DNA from: Narcine bancroftii
Taxonomy: Eukaryota
DNA length: 64,000 nucleotides
Direction of reading: 5' to 3'
NCBI RefSeq assembly: GCF_036971445.1
Contig: NC_091475.1
Location: 2,976,001 to 3,040,000, forward strand
Part shown: positions 1 to 12,323 of the stretch, piece by piece
Position numbering within the stretch: the first letter of the stretch is position 1
Layout of the letters: each line of letters starts with the position of its first letter
The notes under the pieces: model-generated
Told to the model about the DNA's origin: nothing
Seen by the model: only the letters and a program-made list of their open reading frames with translations
The model's database searches: none
Position numbers and translations under genes: made by a program

Positions 1-2001
1 GAGGTTTTTCAGACTCTTTTTCCAGACTCTTTTGTGTAGTCTTCCAAAGGCGCTATTTGCCTTGGCGAGTCTGTTGTCTATCTCGTTGTCGATCCTTGCA
101 TCTGATGAAATGGTACAGCCGATATAGGTAAACTGCTTGACCGTTTTGAGTTTTGTGTGCCCGTTGGAGATGTCGGGGGGGGGGGGGGGCTGGTAGTCAT
201 GGCGGGGATCTGGCTGATGGAAGACCTCAGTTTTCTTCAGGCTGACTTCCAGGCCAAACATTTTGGCAGTTTCTGCAAAACAGGATGTCAAGCACTGAAG
301 AGCTGGCTTTGAATGGGCAACTAAAACGGCGTCGTCTGCAAAGAGTAGTTCACGGACAAGTTTCTCTTGTGTCTTGGTGTGAGCTTGCAGGCGCCTCAGA
401 TTGAAGAGACTGCCATCCGTGCGGTACCGGATGTAAACAGCGTCTTCATTGTTGAGGTCTTTCATGGCTTGGTTCAGCATCATGCTGAAGAAGATTGTAA
501 AGAGGGTTGGTGCGAGAACACAGCCTTGCTTCACACCATTGTTAATGGAGAAGGGTTCAGAGAGCTCATTGCTGTATCTGACCCGACCTTGTTGGTTTTC
601 GTGCAGTTGGATAACTATGTTGAGGAACTTTGGGGGGGCATCCGAGGCGCTCTAGTATTTGCCAAAACCCTTTCCTGCTCACGGTGTTGAAGGCTTTGGT
701 GAGGTCAACAAAGGTGACGTAGAGTCCTTTGTTTTGTTCTCTGCACTTTTCTTGGAGCTGTCTGAGGGCAAAGACCATGTCAGTAGTTCCTCTGTTTGCG
801 CAAATGCCACACTGTGATTCTGGGAGAACATTTTCGGCGACACTAGGTATTATTCTATTCAGGAGAATCCTAGTGAAGATTTTGCTTGCAATGGAGAGCA
901 GCGTGATTCCCCTGTAGTTTGAGCAGTCTGATTTCTCGCCTTTGTTTTTGTACAGGGTGATGATGATGGCATCACGAAGGTCCTGAGGCAGCTTTCCTTG
1001 GTCCCAGCAGAGCTTGAAAAACTCATGCAGTTTGGCATGCAGAGTTTTGCCGCCAGCCTTCCAGACCTCTGGGGGGATTCCATCCATACCTGCTGCTTTG
1101 CCACTTTTCAGTTGTTCAATTGCCTTATATGTCTCTTCCTGGGTGAGGACCCCATCCAGCTCTAGCCTTAGGGGCTGTTGAGGGAGCTGGAGCAGGGCGG
1201 AATCTTGGACTGAGCGGTTGGCACTGAAAAGAGATTGGAAGTTTTCTGACCATCGGTTGAGGATGGAGATCTTGTCGCTGAGGAGGACTTTGCCGTCTGA
1301 GCTGCGCAGCGGGCTTTGGACTTGGGATGAGGGGCCGTTCACAGCCTTTAGAGCCTCGTAAAAACCCCTGAAGTCACCAATGTCTGCGCTGAGCTGGGTT
1401 CGTTTGGCGAGGCTAGTCCATCACTCATTTTGGATCACCCGGAGTTTGCGCTGAAGATGGCTGCATGCGCGACAGAAGGCTTGTTTCTTCTCTAGCCAGG
1501 ACGACTTTGCAAGGTGAGCCTGGAGGGCAGCTCGCTTCTTTGCCAGCAGCTCCTGGATTTCCTGGTTGTGTTCGTCGAACCAGTCCTTGTTTTTCCTGGA
1601 GGAGAAGCCCAGTACCTCTTCAGTGGATTGCAATATGGTAGTCTTCAGCTGATCCCAGAGGGTTTCAGGGGACGAATCCATGAGGCAGATTGCATCCTCG
1701 AGCTTTGCTTTGAGGTTTGCCTGAAAGTTTCCTCTCACTTCGTCTGACTGCAGGTTTCCAACATTGAACCTCTTTCTGGGGGCTTTACTGTTCCTGAACT
1801 TTGGCTTGAAGTGAAGGTTGAGCTTGCAGCGAACCAGCCGGCGGTCAGTATGGCATTCCGCGCTAGGCATGACCCTGGTGTGGAGCACATCTCGTTTGTC
1901 TCTTTCTCGCACCAGGACGTAGTCCAGGAGTTGCCAGTGTTTGGATCGGGGATGCATCCAGGTAGTCTTCAGGCTGTCCCTCTGCTGAAAAAGGGTGTTT
2001 G
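1..2001 (-). mobile_element. RTE/BovB-like non-LTR retrotransposon, 5'-truncated, running off the left edge (endonuclease C-terminus + RT)
   Basis: ORF 1421-1957 (HPRSKHWQLLDYVLVR...HTDRRLV, AP-endonuclease end) and ORF 566-1342 (KAAGMDGIPPEVWK, DCSNYRGITLLSIASKIF, FVDLTKAFNTVSR). The LFADD motif is on the minus strand near 330-345. Stops and frameshifts present. Confidence 0.92.
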
Positions 2002-3480
2002 GAATGACTCTCAGAAATTAAAAGGGCGATCGACATGAAATCTTCAGTTTTGTTTTCCGTGGATGCTGCCTGACCTGCCAAGTATTTCCATGTGTTTGGA
2101 TTTTAATGTCAACTTCAGAAACCTTTCTTTAGGATCCTTGCTGGCTGTTTCTGTTGAGATATGTGAAGCCATTAGGACACTTTGTGGTTGACTGCTGCAT
2201 TGCAGGTCAATTAAAAAAAATTTACAGGCAAAATAGTTATTGCATTTACACCTAGAAGAATCTTATTGTACGAATATAGTTAATGAAGATTAATTTGATC
2301 AAATGTCAGTATCGCTACAAACTAGAAGTGTTTACAATCACCTTCATGATTGGCAATCACTACAATGCAAAGTTGCACTAAGACAAGGCCAAACCCTAGC
2401 CCTCTCGAGAATGAAGACAAATCATTGGATGAATGAAGGTAGCCTCAGGCAGTGTAAATGGAGTTCTCTTCTTCAGCTACCTGTTTTGTATCTGATCCAT
2501 ACAAAACTGGACACTTGAAATAGAAAGGATTTCATTTCTCAACATCACATCTCCCTTACTCTATAAAGTGCCATCTTTTCAATCAAAATGTATTTTGATT
2601 TATTTAATCAACCAAAGTCACAATATCATAGTTACTCTATCTCTACCCTCTCAATCGTTTTTATGTCCCTTCAAAGTACATCTTTTGACTCACAGCAAGA
2701 ATTGTTGCAATCAAGTGTAACGTATTCATTAACATCTAACATCTGAGGTTTTGCAGAACAGTTTAGTCGTCAGTCACATCAAATTCTATATAGAGCAGCA
2801 GGGCTTATCCTTCTCAACCAGTGTTGACCATCATGTTAACACTGTGCTTGTTGAGTGGAGGTGGGCGGAGCAAACCTTGCTGGATCTAGATTTCCCTATT
2901 GTTGGCATAAGACTGGAGTGGGTTTATTACAAATGTTTCTTGAATAGTTCAATGAAACAAAATAATTATTCAAAACAATATGTTCTCCGAGAAACTGGAC
3001 ACAGTGTGACATTAAATTAAACAAGAAGGTCTGCATATGCTAGGATTGAGTGCAATACCCAAACATTGAATGAATGTTTTTTTCATATTAGCTACAATTT
3101 CAAAATCAAAGTGTACAATGTGGAATTAAATCTTGGATCATAAACAGTGATTATTTGCCTTGTCCTCTCATTTTGCACCCCTCCCAACAAATTATATTGT
3201 AATTGTTGGTATAGAATCTGAATTATAGTGTTACATTCTCCCTGTGGTCATCTTTCCAATTATTTGAAATACATGACTTCTGGTTACTGACTCGCTCACC
3301 AAGGAGAAGCACGGTTTTCTCCATTTCTGATTTACAATATCTCTCTGAGAAACACGTGAATCTTCCCCAATATTTCCCCATTCCTGAATTCTATCACTTC
3401 CCCTCTGTGGTGCCAAATTGTATGTATTTTCTCTGTTCCCATCACTGGTTCCCTAGTAACTGGTTTCCTTACTATTCTTC

Positions 3481-4216
3481 TGGCATAGAGGTGTTTGGGA
3501 GATAAATTAGGAAAGGTTTGTTAGAGCAGGTCACACACAAACACTTCAAAACACAGAATTTTTGCAGGAGCTTTTGCAAGATGCTCACAGACTCATGGAC
3601 TGTATGAAAAGGCAACAAATGTAACAGCTTTATCTGGAAAACAGAACTTGGTGTCTGGAAGGTCATGTGATCTTTGCAGGCAGAGAGCAGAAAAAAAACA
3701 GGCTTTGCTCTCAGAGTTGGAGGGAGAGAGAGCGAGAGAGAGAGGAGAGATGGACATTGGTTCCAGAGGGACAAGTTGGCAAGCTTTGGAAGACGGCCTG
3801 GTCAAAGGAGAGGACTGTCTGTCTGGTATTTCCCTTGGAATAGGAGGAACATAAGGGAATTCTATGGTGTCCTGAAACAAGAAAAACTCTCTCTCTGAAA
3901 ACCAACGAGAACCATTTATCTGTCAAGCACAAAGCCTGGTGAACTTTATAAATCTTAAATTCTGTGCACAATTTCAGAATTGCCTGCAACCAGTGAGATT
4001 GAACTGTGAACCGAAGAACTTTGCGGAACTTACACACACATTACACACGCGTGCACTTAGAATTAGAAGGGGGTTAAGTGAGTCAATAGAGATAAGTTAA
4101 AGTTTGATTCTATTTTCATATTCAAAGATAATTAAAAACAACTTTTGTTTAAGTAACCCTTTGTCATGGTGCATACCTATTGCTACTGGGTTTTGGGGTC
4201 CTCTGGACTCATAGCA
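3481..4216 (+). mobile_element. Solo LTR-like element (left boundary approximate)
   Basis: Same general layout as the LTR-like segments at 30086-31273 (reverse) and 56530-57370, including a CA-repeat tract. Ends ...ggactcatagCA. Confidence 0.55.
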
Positions 4217-5529
4217 CTTGTATGAACTGACTAAAAATTGTACTCTCTTTCCACAAAAGAAAAGCAGTGGTACAATTCTCAGCTCCTGGGGGAATCCACT
4301 CTCCATTCACGAAAACATTCATTTATCACTGCTGTCTATTACCAAACTATTTCCTAACTAAATGACCATGCTATTCATGACTGTCCCTTTAATGTGTGAA
4401 TTCCAGATAGGTTTGCAATGTGCTACTTCATTGAATGCCTTTGAGTGTCCACTGTACAACCCTTCATCAAAGAATCAGTTAGATTAATTAGATACAATTT
4501 GCTTGAAAACCACGCGACTGACCCTACTTAATCCATGTTTTTCCAAGTGAGAAATTGATTTGTCCTGGAAGCAGGTTTTGGTCTGCATTTACCAGGTTTA
4601 TACTATAGTGAACATTTTCAACATTTGCAGTCCTCTAGAATTTTGGCACCAGTTTTCTGTAACATGGTGGTCTGAAAGATGGTGGTCAAAGCTTCAGTTA
4701 CCTTGCTCTCCCAGGGTCTAAGAGCTCATCCTGTCTGAGCCTAATGATTTCTTCACTTTGAATGGTGGAAAAATATCAGGCCCTCTCTTTCATTCATTTT
4801 TTATTCCATCCAATATACCCATTTGATAATGCTCTTTTGTGAAAATTACACATTCAGTCCATCAATCATGTTCTCTGCCTCCAAAGGCAGTTGCCCATTT
4901 TGACCCTAAATCATTGCACAATTCCTTTAACATTTCTATATCTTTCATGCATTTTAAAAAGATGTTTAGTGTGAAGTAACTATCTTCATGGGGTTTCAAA
5001 CTCCAATGAAGAATGTTGCAATTGGTACAGGCATACGGATGAGTCATGATTATTTCACACAAAGAGTAATTTATTTAGAGGGCTCTTCATAGAGTACCTC
5101 ATGGAAACTTTCTACAAACACTTTTTTTTAACCCAAAAAAATTGTTAGAGATGTGACACAATGCTTATATGGGTCACAAACTAATCAACTCGTTTTCTTA
5201 CATATGATTTACTAAGATTCCTTTAATAATTTACACGTTTTTAAACATGCATTTTGTCATTCTTTTACCTTATTTCATTATCTGTCGTACTCTGAATTCT
5301 GCCCAGTATTTGACTGTAAATCTATAATTCATACAGCATGGTAACAGGTCCTTCCGGCCCATGAACCTGTACTGCCCAAATGCACTAAATTAACTTAAAA
5401 ACTTTGTATGTATTTATTTATTTTATTTGGCGGGTGGGAGAACCCGGAGGAAATCCACACAGACACAAGGAAAGTGTAAAAACTCCTTTAGGCAGTGCTG
5501 GATTCTTGTACCAAGAATGGGATCAGACG

Positions 5530-5800
5530 TTATGCAGGATTAACCATGATGGTTAGGGTTTGCAGTTGCTCATTTCTTTGGCATTCTCCTTATGATTTGC
5601 TTCCATTTCAGTTTTGCATAGTCTAAGATGACTGAGGAGGCAAATGTGGGGTGCATAGATTCTTCCACAGTTGGGACAAGAGGGGTGAGCAGTTGGGGAG
5701 ATGGTGCACCCCTTCTGCTGTTTATCCTGGGATTTTGTGTCTTCCAATGTATGGAATTTGTTCCTAAAACCCTAATGCTCCTCCTCTTGGAATGGTTGTG
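5530..5800 (-). mobile_element. Degraded RTE-type LINE 3' end
   Basis: ORF 5553-5747 carries a C-terminal zinc-finger-like motif, CPNCGRIYAPHICLLSHLRLC, of the kind found at RTE ORF ends. Confidence 0.6.
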
Positions 5801-5881
5801 AATGTATCTCAAGTCGCTTCAAGATCCCCCAAATGAATTGGAAAGATAAATAAAGTCATTGTTAGAGTTCAGGCTCTGGAT

Positions 5882-6041
5882 CAGTGGTTTCAACCTTTTT
5901 CTTTCCACTCACATTCCACCTTAAGTAATCCCCTACTAACCACAGAGCACCTATAACATCCTATGCCATAGATACTCTGTGGTTAGTAGGGGATTACTTA
6001 AGGTAGTATGTGAGTGGAAAGAAAAAGGTTGACAACCACTA
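5882..6041. mobile_element. Palindromic hAT/Charlie-type MITE
   Basis: CAGTGGTT...AACCACTA termini. The element is one near-perfect inverted repeat. 8-bp TSD-like flanks ctctggat/ctttagat resemble the NTCTAGAN target. Confidence 0.8.
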
Positions 6042-6523
6042 CTTTAGATACACTAAGTAGCTCCATGAGACAGGCAACATGTTTGCCTTGCTCATCTCGT
6101 TGATGTCTCTGATATTTCTTGATGATTAAAATGGACTTTCTTCCAGTTGTATAATTTCATCCTTCAATTTTTCTTTGGCCCACCTGTTCAACATATCTAT
6201 ATCCTGGCGCTGTCTAATGTCCCCTATTTCAATCTCCAGAACTGGGCTGACAATGGTTTTGGTTGAACTTGGAAATTCTCCTGCACTTACTTTAAAGATT
6301 CTTATTCCTCTATGGTTTATCAGTGCCATATCAAGAAGAACATAATTGAAAGTAAATGTTTGCTGATTGTACCTTCAGTACCGGGAAATACACATTGTTC
6401 AGAACTAGTTCCACCAATAACTGCAGGTTAGGGTTATTATTATAAAAAATGTATGAGCAGGAGTTGGCCATCTGTCCTGTCAAGTCTGCTCTGCCGTTCA
6501 ATAAGATCATAGCTGGTCTAGAG

Positions 6524-6871
6524 CAGTGGTTCTCAACCTTTTGCTTTCCACTCACATCCCACTTTAAGTAATCCCTATGCTATCGGTGCTCTGAGATTAA
6601 TAAGGGATGGCTTAAGGTGGTATATGAATGGGAAGGGAAGGTTGGGAATCACTGCTCTAGACCCAATTGTTACTGAAATATTTTGCTTGAGAAAAATTGA
6701 CTTTGGCCCATTTCCTTTACGAAACTCTGCACATAACGAGTCAATGAGGTACGATTAAAACGGTGGTTTTCAAACTTTTTCTTTCCACCCACATCCCACC
6801 TTAAGCAATCCCTTACTAATCACAGAGCACCTATGGCATAGGGATTACTTAAAGTGGTATGTGAGTGGAAA
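6524..6871. mobile_element. Compound palindromic hAT MITE (two hairpin units, 6524-6654 and 6761-6871), same family as 5882-6041
   Basis: Shared motif cagtggttctcaaccttt...ttccactcacat. The first unit is flanked by gtctagag/ctctagac. It lies next to a CR1 3' end remnant. Confidence 0.75.
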
Positions 6872-7869
6872 GTGAGTGCTCACCAAAAACCTGGTCAAAG
6901 AAGTAGGTTTTAATAAGCATTTCAGGGAAAGAAAGTGAGACAAATGCAGAGAATTTAGGAAGGGAATTCAGGGGCTTGCAGTCATGGCTAAAGACCTCTT
7001 TGCATATCTCCAAATGTCCATGTATTACCAGTGATCACTCTTGGCCATTAGTAGTGCATTTAAATTTGGGGTTATACAGGGGTTCAGAAGAAGAATGTAG
7101 ATGCCTCAAAGGATTTAGGGCTGGTGAAGATTGTAGAGAAAGGGAGAGACTGAGCTCCGGTTAATAGCTGCCCTGTGACTAGTTCCTAAATATGCCAGTG
7201 AAGTTGGACACCATATCCATTCTTGTTAAAGCAGTGTGAAATGTGGGTTCCAGACTCCCCCATGTCCTGTGTTGTTGCATACACTTCAGAGTGAACCTCC
7301 CACATGCCAAGCATTCCAGTGAATATGCCAGTCACTTTTTATATGTGCTCTTCATTTAGAAATCTTCACAGAGACGTACCTTTTCTTTCTGCTCTAATTG
7401 CTGGATGGGCACATGGTCTCTCCCAACATGTAGAATAGCTGTTAAGGGAACTGTTAAATTGAGTCTGCACTCTAACATATCTCCTTGGCCTGAAAGGAGC
7501 AAGGTACATTGTGAAGTCTGTGGGCAGAGAAGAAAAGCATGAAAAACCTTGAATATACATACTGTATGTGAGGGTTCAATGTAGATCACTGACTGACAAA
7601 TGGTCAGTAGTGAGAGATGGGGGGTGTGTTTATTGAGCTATTGAGGATGGTGGTGCAGTTGGTGAGATATGCATTTGAAAAAGCTTTAACTGACCAAATT
7701 ATTGGAGTCATTAAACTTCCTTTCCAGTTGAATCCACTTGGTGCTTGGCCCGTCACATTCACTATTGACTTCACATTGCGTGTCTGAAAACTCACTTTGT
7801 GTTCCTATATCTGGAAGGTATCAGTCTTCCTGCCCAGCTACTTCACAAAATCAAATAATTCCCAAATCA

Positions 7870-8480
7870 AATAATTACAAATAATGTAGCTTCACTTTGT
7901 GGACAAATTATTGGAATCAGTTCTATGGGAGAGAATAAATCTTAATTTTTAAACAACATGAAATATAAAGAATTAGGTCTAAAATTAAACAAGGTTTAAA
8001 AAAGATTTATTATGTTCACGCTCGCAGCAGCAAAAAAGCGCATAATGATAACTTGGAAAACAGAAGCAACCTTAAAAATACAACAATAGTCCATAGAAAT
8101 CAATAAGTATATTCCATGAGAAAAAATTACATACAATCTAAAAGACAAATATGCTCTATATGAACAAATTTGGGAACCATAGATCAATATATTAGAAACT
8201 CCTGATTTCAGAGCTCCATCTCTTAAAATGATAAGCTACAAGTACGAAAATACTTAAATATGGAATTTTGGATGACATGATTCCTCTCTTTTTTCTTTTA
8301 TGTTCTTTTATTGTTTATTTCTTTTTATTTCTCTCTTTTATTTCTTGCTTTATGTTATGAGGGTTGGGAGGAAGGGGGAATTGAAAATGTCACTGTGTAT
8401 ATTTTAATGCTGAATATTGTATATTTTGTTATTGACATGTTCACGGTGAAGTATTAAATAGAAAATAATATATTAAAAAA
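7870..8480 (+). mobile_element. Old L1-like 3' end remnant
   Basis: Degenerate match to the young L1 at 22399-23353 (gcagcaaaaaagcgcataatgataacttggaaa; gaaaaaattacatac; gaacaaatttgggaacc), followed by a G-rich 3' UTR and an A-rich tail. Confidence 0.7.
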
Positions 8481-8489
8481 ATTAGGAAT

Positions 8490-9330
8490 CCTCAGCATGA
8501 AGTTACAAAAGGAAGGTCACACTGTACAAATCTAACTGAATTTTTCAAGGTGGTAACAAGGAGCATCATTGAGGACAGTATGTTTGACGTCTAAATGGGT
8601 TTCATCAAGATGTCATCTGGCAGACTGGTTATGAGATTCCAAGAAGAGCAAATTAGATTTGAATTTAGCAAGTTAGCAGGAAGCAAAAGGTAATAATTGA
8701 CAGGACTACCTGGCTGCTAAGAGTGGGGGCTCTATGGGCCTAATTACATGGTCCCTTGCTGTATGTAATACATAGACTAGGTCTTAAATGAAGGGGCATG
8801 GTAAAGAAGTTTGAAGATGCCACAACTGATTATGTAATTGAGGAAGAAAGATTTTGATTGAGTCAGATCAGTTGGAGAGAAAAGGGGCAGATAATCCAGA
8901 AAACTGGATTAAATACAGGTAAAGCCTTTAGAAAGGTGTAATGGAGGGAAAAAAACTATAATGAACAGAGTTATGTGGAGGATCAAAATGACTTCGCATT
9001 GAATGTCCATAAAGCTAGCAGGACAGATAGATAGGGTCCTTTCCTTAATTCCTGAGGTTTAGAATACAAGATATTCTGGAATTAGATGCAAGAATAGTTG
9101 GGCCATACCTTGAGTACTATGTACAGCCCTGGTCACACATTACTGAAATGATGTGATTACTTTGAAGAGCTGCCATCAGGACTGGGTAGGTTTAGTCATG
9201 AGGAAAGATTGCATAGACTGGAGTTACTTGCTTTAAAACTGAGGATGTTGAGAGGAGATTTACTTGTGGTGTATAAATGTGAGGGGACCTAGACAAGGTG
9301 AATAGAAATATGTAGTTTTTCCTTAAATGA
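8490..9330 (+). mobile_element. Highly degraded CR1 LINE RT fragment
   Basis: Recognisable degenerate CR1 ORF2 segments (ccttgagtactatgtacagccctggtcacacattac; gaggaaagattgcatagactggag) similar to the intact copies in the window. Confidence 0.65.
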
Positions 9331-10260
9331 CAAAAAAAATGTAATTGTATGCACTATAATCTTTGAATCTCTGTCTTCTCCCATCCCAGCCATTGTCGAA
9401 TTCACTTTACCACTTCACCATGAATACTGAGCATCTGAACCTTCCTGACTAACCTCCTATGTTGAACCTTGTCAGACGTCTTACTAAACTCCACGTGGAC
9501 AACATCGGCAGCCTTTCACAAATCCACCATTTGTGGTCTCATCTCTTCTGTGCTAGTTCTCCAACCTTTCAAAAATTCTCTCTTTTTTCTTCTAATACCT
9601 CCAAAGATCGAGCCTTTGTACCTCGGAGGCAATTCCATACATTCATCGTTCTCTGAATACGTTCCCAGACCCCTTGATTTTAAATGATCACCCCTTGTTT
9701 TATGATAACATCTAATTTTTTAAATAAGACCCTCTGATGATCAGTGAGATCACCCCTCATTTTTCTAAATTTCAAACAATTTGGATTTGTTTAAAGTATT
9801 CACAAAACAGCTAAGTGAGTGTCCTTTGGATTATCTCCAAAGTTTGTGTATCCTTTCTTAAATAAAAGAAATAAAAATGTGCACAGAATTCTGAGTTAAT
9901 CACTTGTCTGATACCCTCTTCTTCCTTTTGTTTAAATTTTCAAAGGGTGAGAATAAACAGGAAGGTTGTCTTTCCCTAAGCAGTGGGGTCAGATTTGCAG
10001 AAAGGTTGGGGGGGTCTAAGGAAAAATTTTCAACCAGAGATGGAAGGGGCTGTAACGTGTTTCCTGAAGGGACGCAGAGTGAGAAAAGAGCACTTGAATT
10101 TCACATCTTCTGACAGCACAAGCCCGATAATATCCTCCTCCTCCTCCTCCTCGATTTTTTAAAAAATAAGTCTTGATATTATTGTGCCACTGATGTATTG
10201 TTTTAAAGTAGCTATTAGTTAAAGGCATAAACAAAAGAACGACTCCATTTAGAAATGATG

Positions 10261-10405
10261 TAAATAGAACTTCCGGGTCACGCTGATTCCTTGTGCACCT
10301 GCACCACACTACATCTCGCTGGTGTTAATGCAGATTGGTTTTCATAAATAGTTTTATGGTCATAAATACCAAGAAGAAATTCTGCAGAAGGATTAACAGG
10401 TATGT
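10261..10405 (+). promoter_or_regulatory. Candidate promoter/enhancer (ETS + RUNX + CCAAT motifs) followed by a splice donor
   Basis: ACTTCCGG at 10269, ACCACA at 10303, ATTGG at 10334 and CAG|GTATGT at 10399/10400, in apparently non-repetitive sequence. Motif evidence only. Confidence 0.25.
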
Positions 10406-12092
10406 GTCATGGGAAGATTGTTGGATATTTTATAACTGTAAATTAATTAAAATTATATAATAATTAGTTTAAAATGGTTTTAAAATAGGAAACAATACTA
10501 CGTGGTGGCAAAGATTTTGTGGAAGCCTCTTATGACAAAACTTGTAATGTGTACATTGGTTGAAAAATGTTATAATGTGTTAGTAGGCGGAATTGTGTTG
10601 TTTAATAGAAATTCTATGTTCGGTAACAGGAAACAATGCAGTGGGCGTTGACAGAAAATATTTCATTTTTTTTAACATTTCCATTCGATTTGACAAAAAT
10701 ATTCATCTGCCATCTATTGATCGTAAAAAGTACTTATAAAAAGAAAGTTGATGTTTTCCTTCAAAAATATTTTGATGACTGGATCATAGGTTGTCGGTGG
10801 TAGTTAGCAAGTAAAGGATATTTTAGTCGAACTACAGCCATCCTAACAGCTGATACACACATCATCTTTGCAACAGAGGTGTTCAATCATTACAGGTAAA
10901 CTACAAGAAGTTCCTTATCTTTACTTTTTATTGACATGAAGAGAAATCAAAATGAGAACATTGTTGAACTTTACCAAATGTTGTGTATTGGGTTTTTTTT
11001 TCCATTATTTCTATTTGATTGAATATCATTTACCAAGAGAACTCAAATAAAGCCCAGCTATATAATGAATACACTTGCAAATGTCTGACCATAGTTAGAA
11101 ATCGATTGGGAGCTCATCCTGTTTAAATAGGAAGTCAGAGTTCAGGATCCATTTTGTCCTAATAGGGTTGGTTGCATGAATTTAAGGAGTAATTTAAAAG
11201 ATTAGAACAACACAAGAACATGCTCTTCAGCCAACACTAACCTAAATTAATCCTTGCTGTCTGCAACAGCTCTCTCTTCATTGCCTGCTTGTTTATATAA
11301 ATTCTTTTACCGCAATTCCAGGTGCCTAACATGCTCTGTGTACTTTTTTTAAAAAAAGTAAATCCCCTTTACATCCTCCCCTTCTCGCCTTAAACTGATG
11401 CCCCTCACCATTTTATATTATTCCAGCAGGTTATTCCTTAGCCAGCCAACATTCTTTCTGCACTCTACAAGGCCTCCGTATCCTTCCTGTAACTCGGTGA
11501 CTGAATCGGCACACAGCACTCCAAATGGAACCTGACCAAAGTGTTACACAGCAGTTTAATTCAAGGATCACTGGTAGGGCAGAAATGGACATGCACATGT
11601 CCTGATTAATTGAAGCAAAAGTCACAAAAATCCTCTTCTTTGTTTGTCATCAACAGGAAGATCGGATCCAACTGCCTTTATCATAATGAAACATTGCAGT
11701 GTTCTTCAGAACATTGAACATTACAGTACATAAAGGCCCTTTGGCTCACAATGTTGTGCCCATCTATTTTCACCAAAAAAAACTAACCCCTCCCTACCTT
11801 GTAACCCTCTATTTTTCTTTCATCCATGTGTCTGTCTGACAGTCTCTTAAATACTCCTATTGTTTCAGCCTCCACCACAACCCCTGGCAATGTCTTCCAA
11901 GCACCCACAGCTCTGTTTTTTAAAAAAAATTACCCCTGATATCTCCCCCAAACTTTCCTCCTTCACTCTGTACAGATGTCCTTTGGTGTTTGCTACTCCT
12001 GCCCTGAGAAAAAAGTACTGGCTCAGGGCCAGATTACTGTAGTAGCAAAAGTAGCATATGCTACAGGCCCCGCATTTTCGAGGGTCCCACGC

Positions 12093-12323
12093 TGCAGAGC
12101 GCGTTGAAAGAACCAAAGACTTGTTGATCCAAACCAAGGTTTTTATTAACAAAAAGACTGGAGCATATCACAAGTAGGTCGACCAGTCCAGAATGACCTG
12201 GTCTGGCTAGGAGTAATCCTTTAAGTCCTGCCAGTAGGTGTGGCTAAGCCCTCAGCCAATCACAGTCATCTTACACTATCATCTGTACATAGACACATTG
12301 GTGATAGAATCTGTACTATCACA
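12093..12323 (-). repeat. 3' LTR of Gypsy element
   Basis: Direct repeat of 17051-17289, differing by roughly 16 substitutions plus an 8-bp indel by eye. Confidence 0.95.

Noticed and set aside
10850-10895. Phase-1 segment ending ...LQQRCSIIT resembling the end of the human zeta leader
   Set aside because: In-frame stop just upstream, no ATG, and not hydrophobic.
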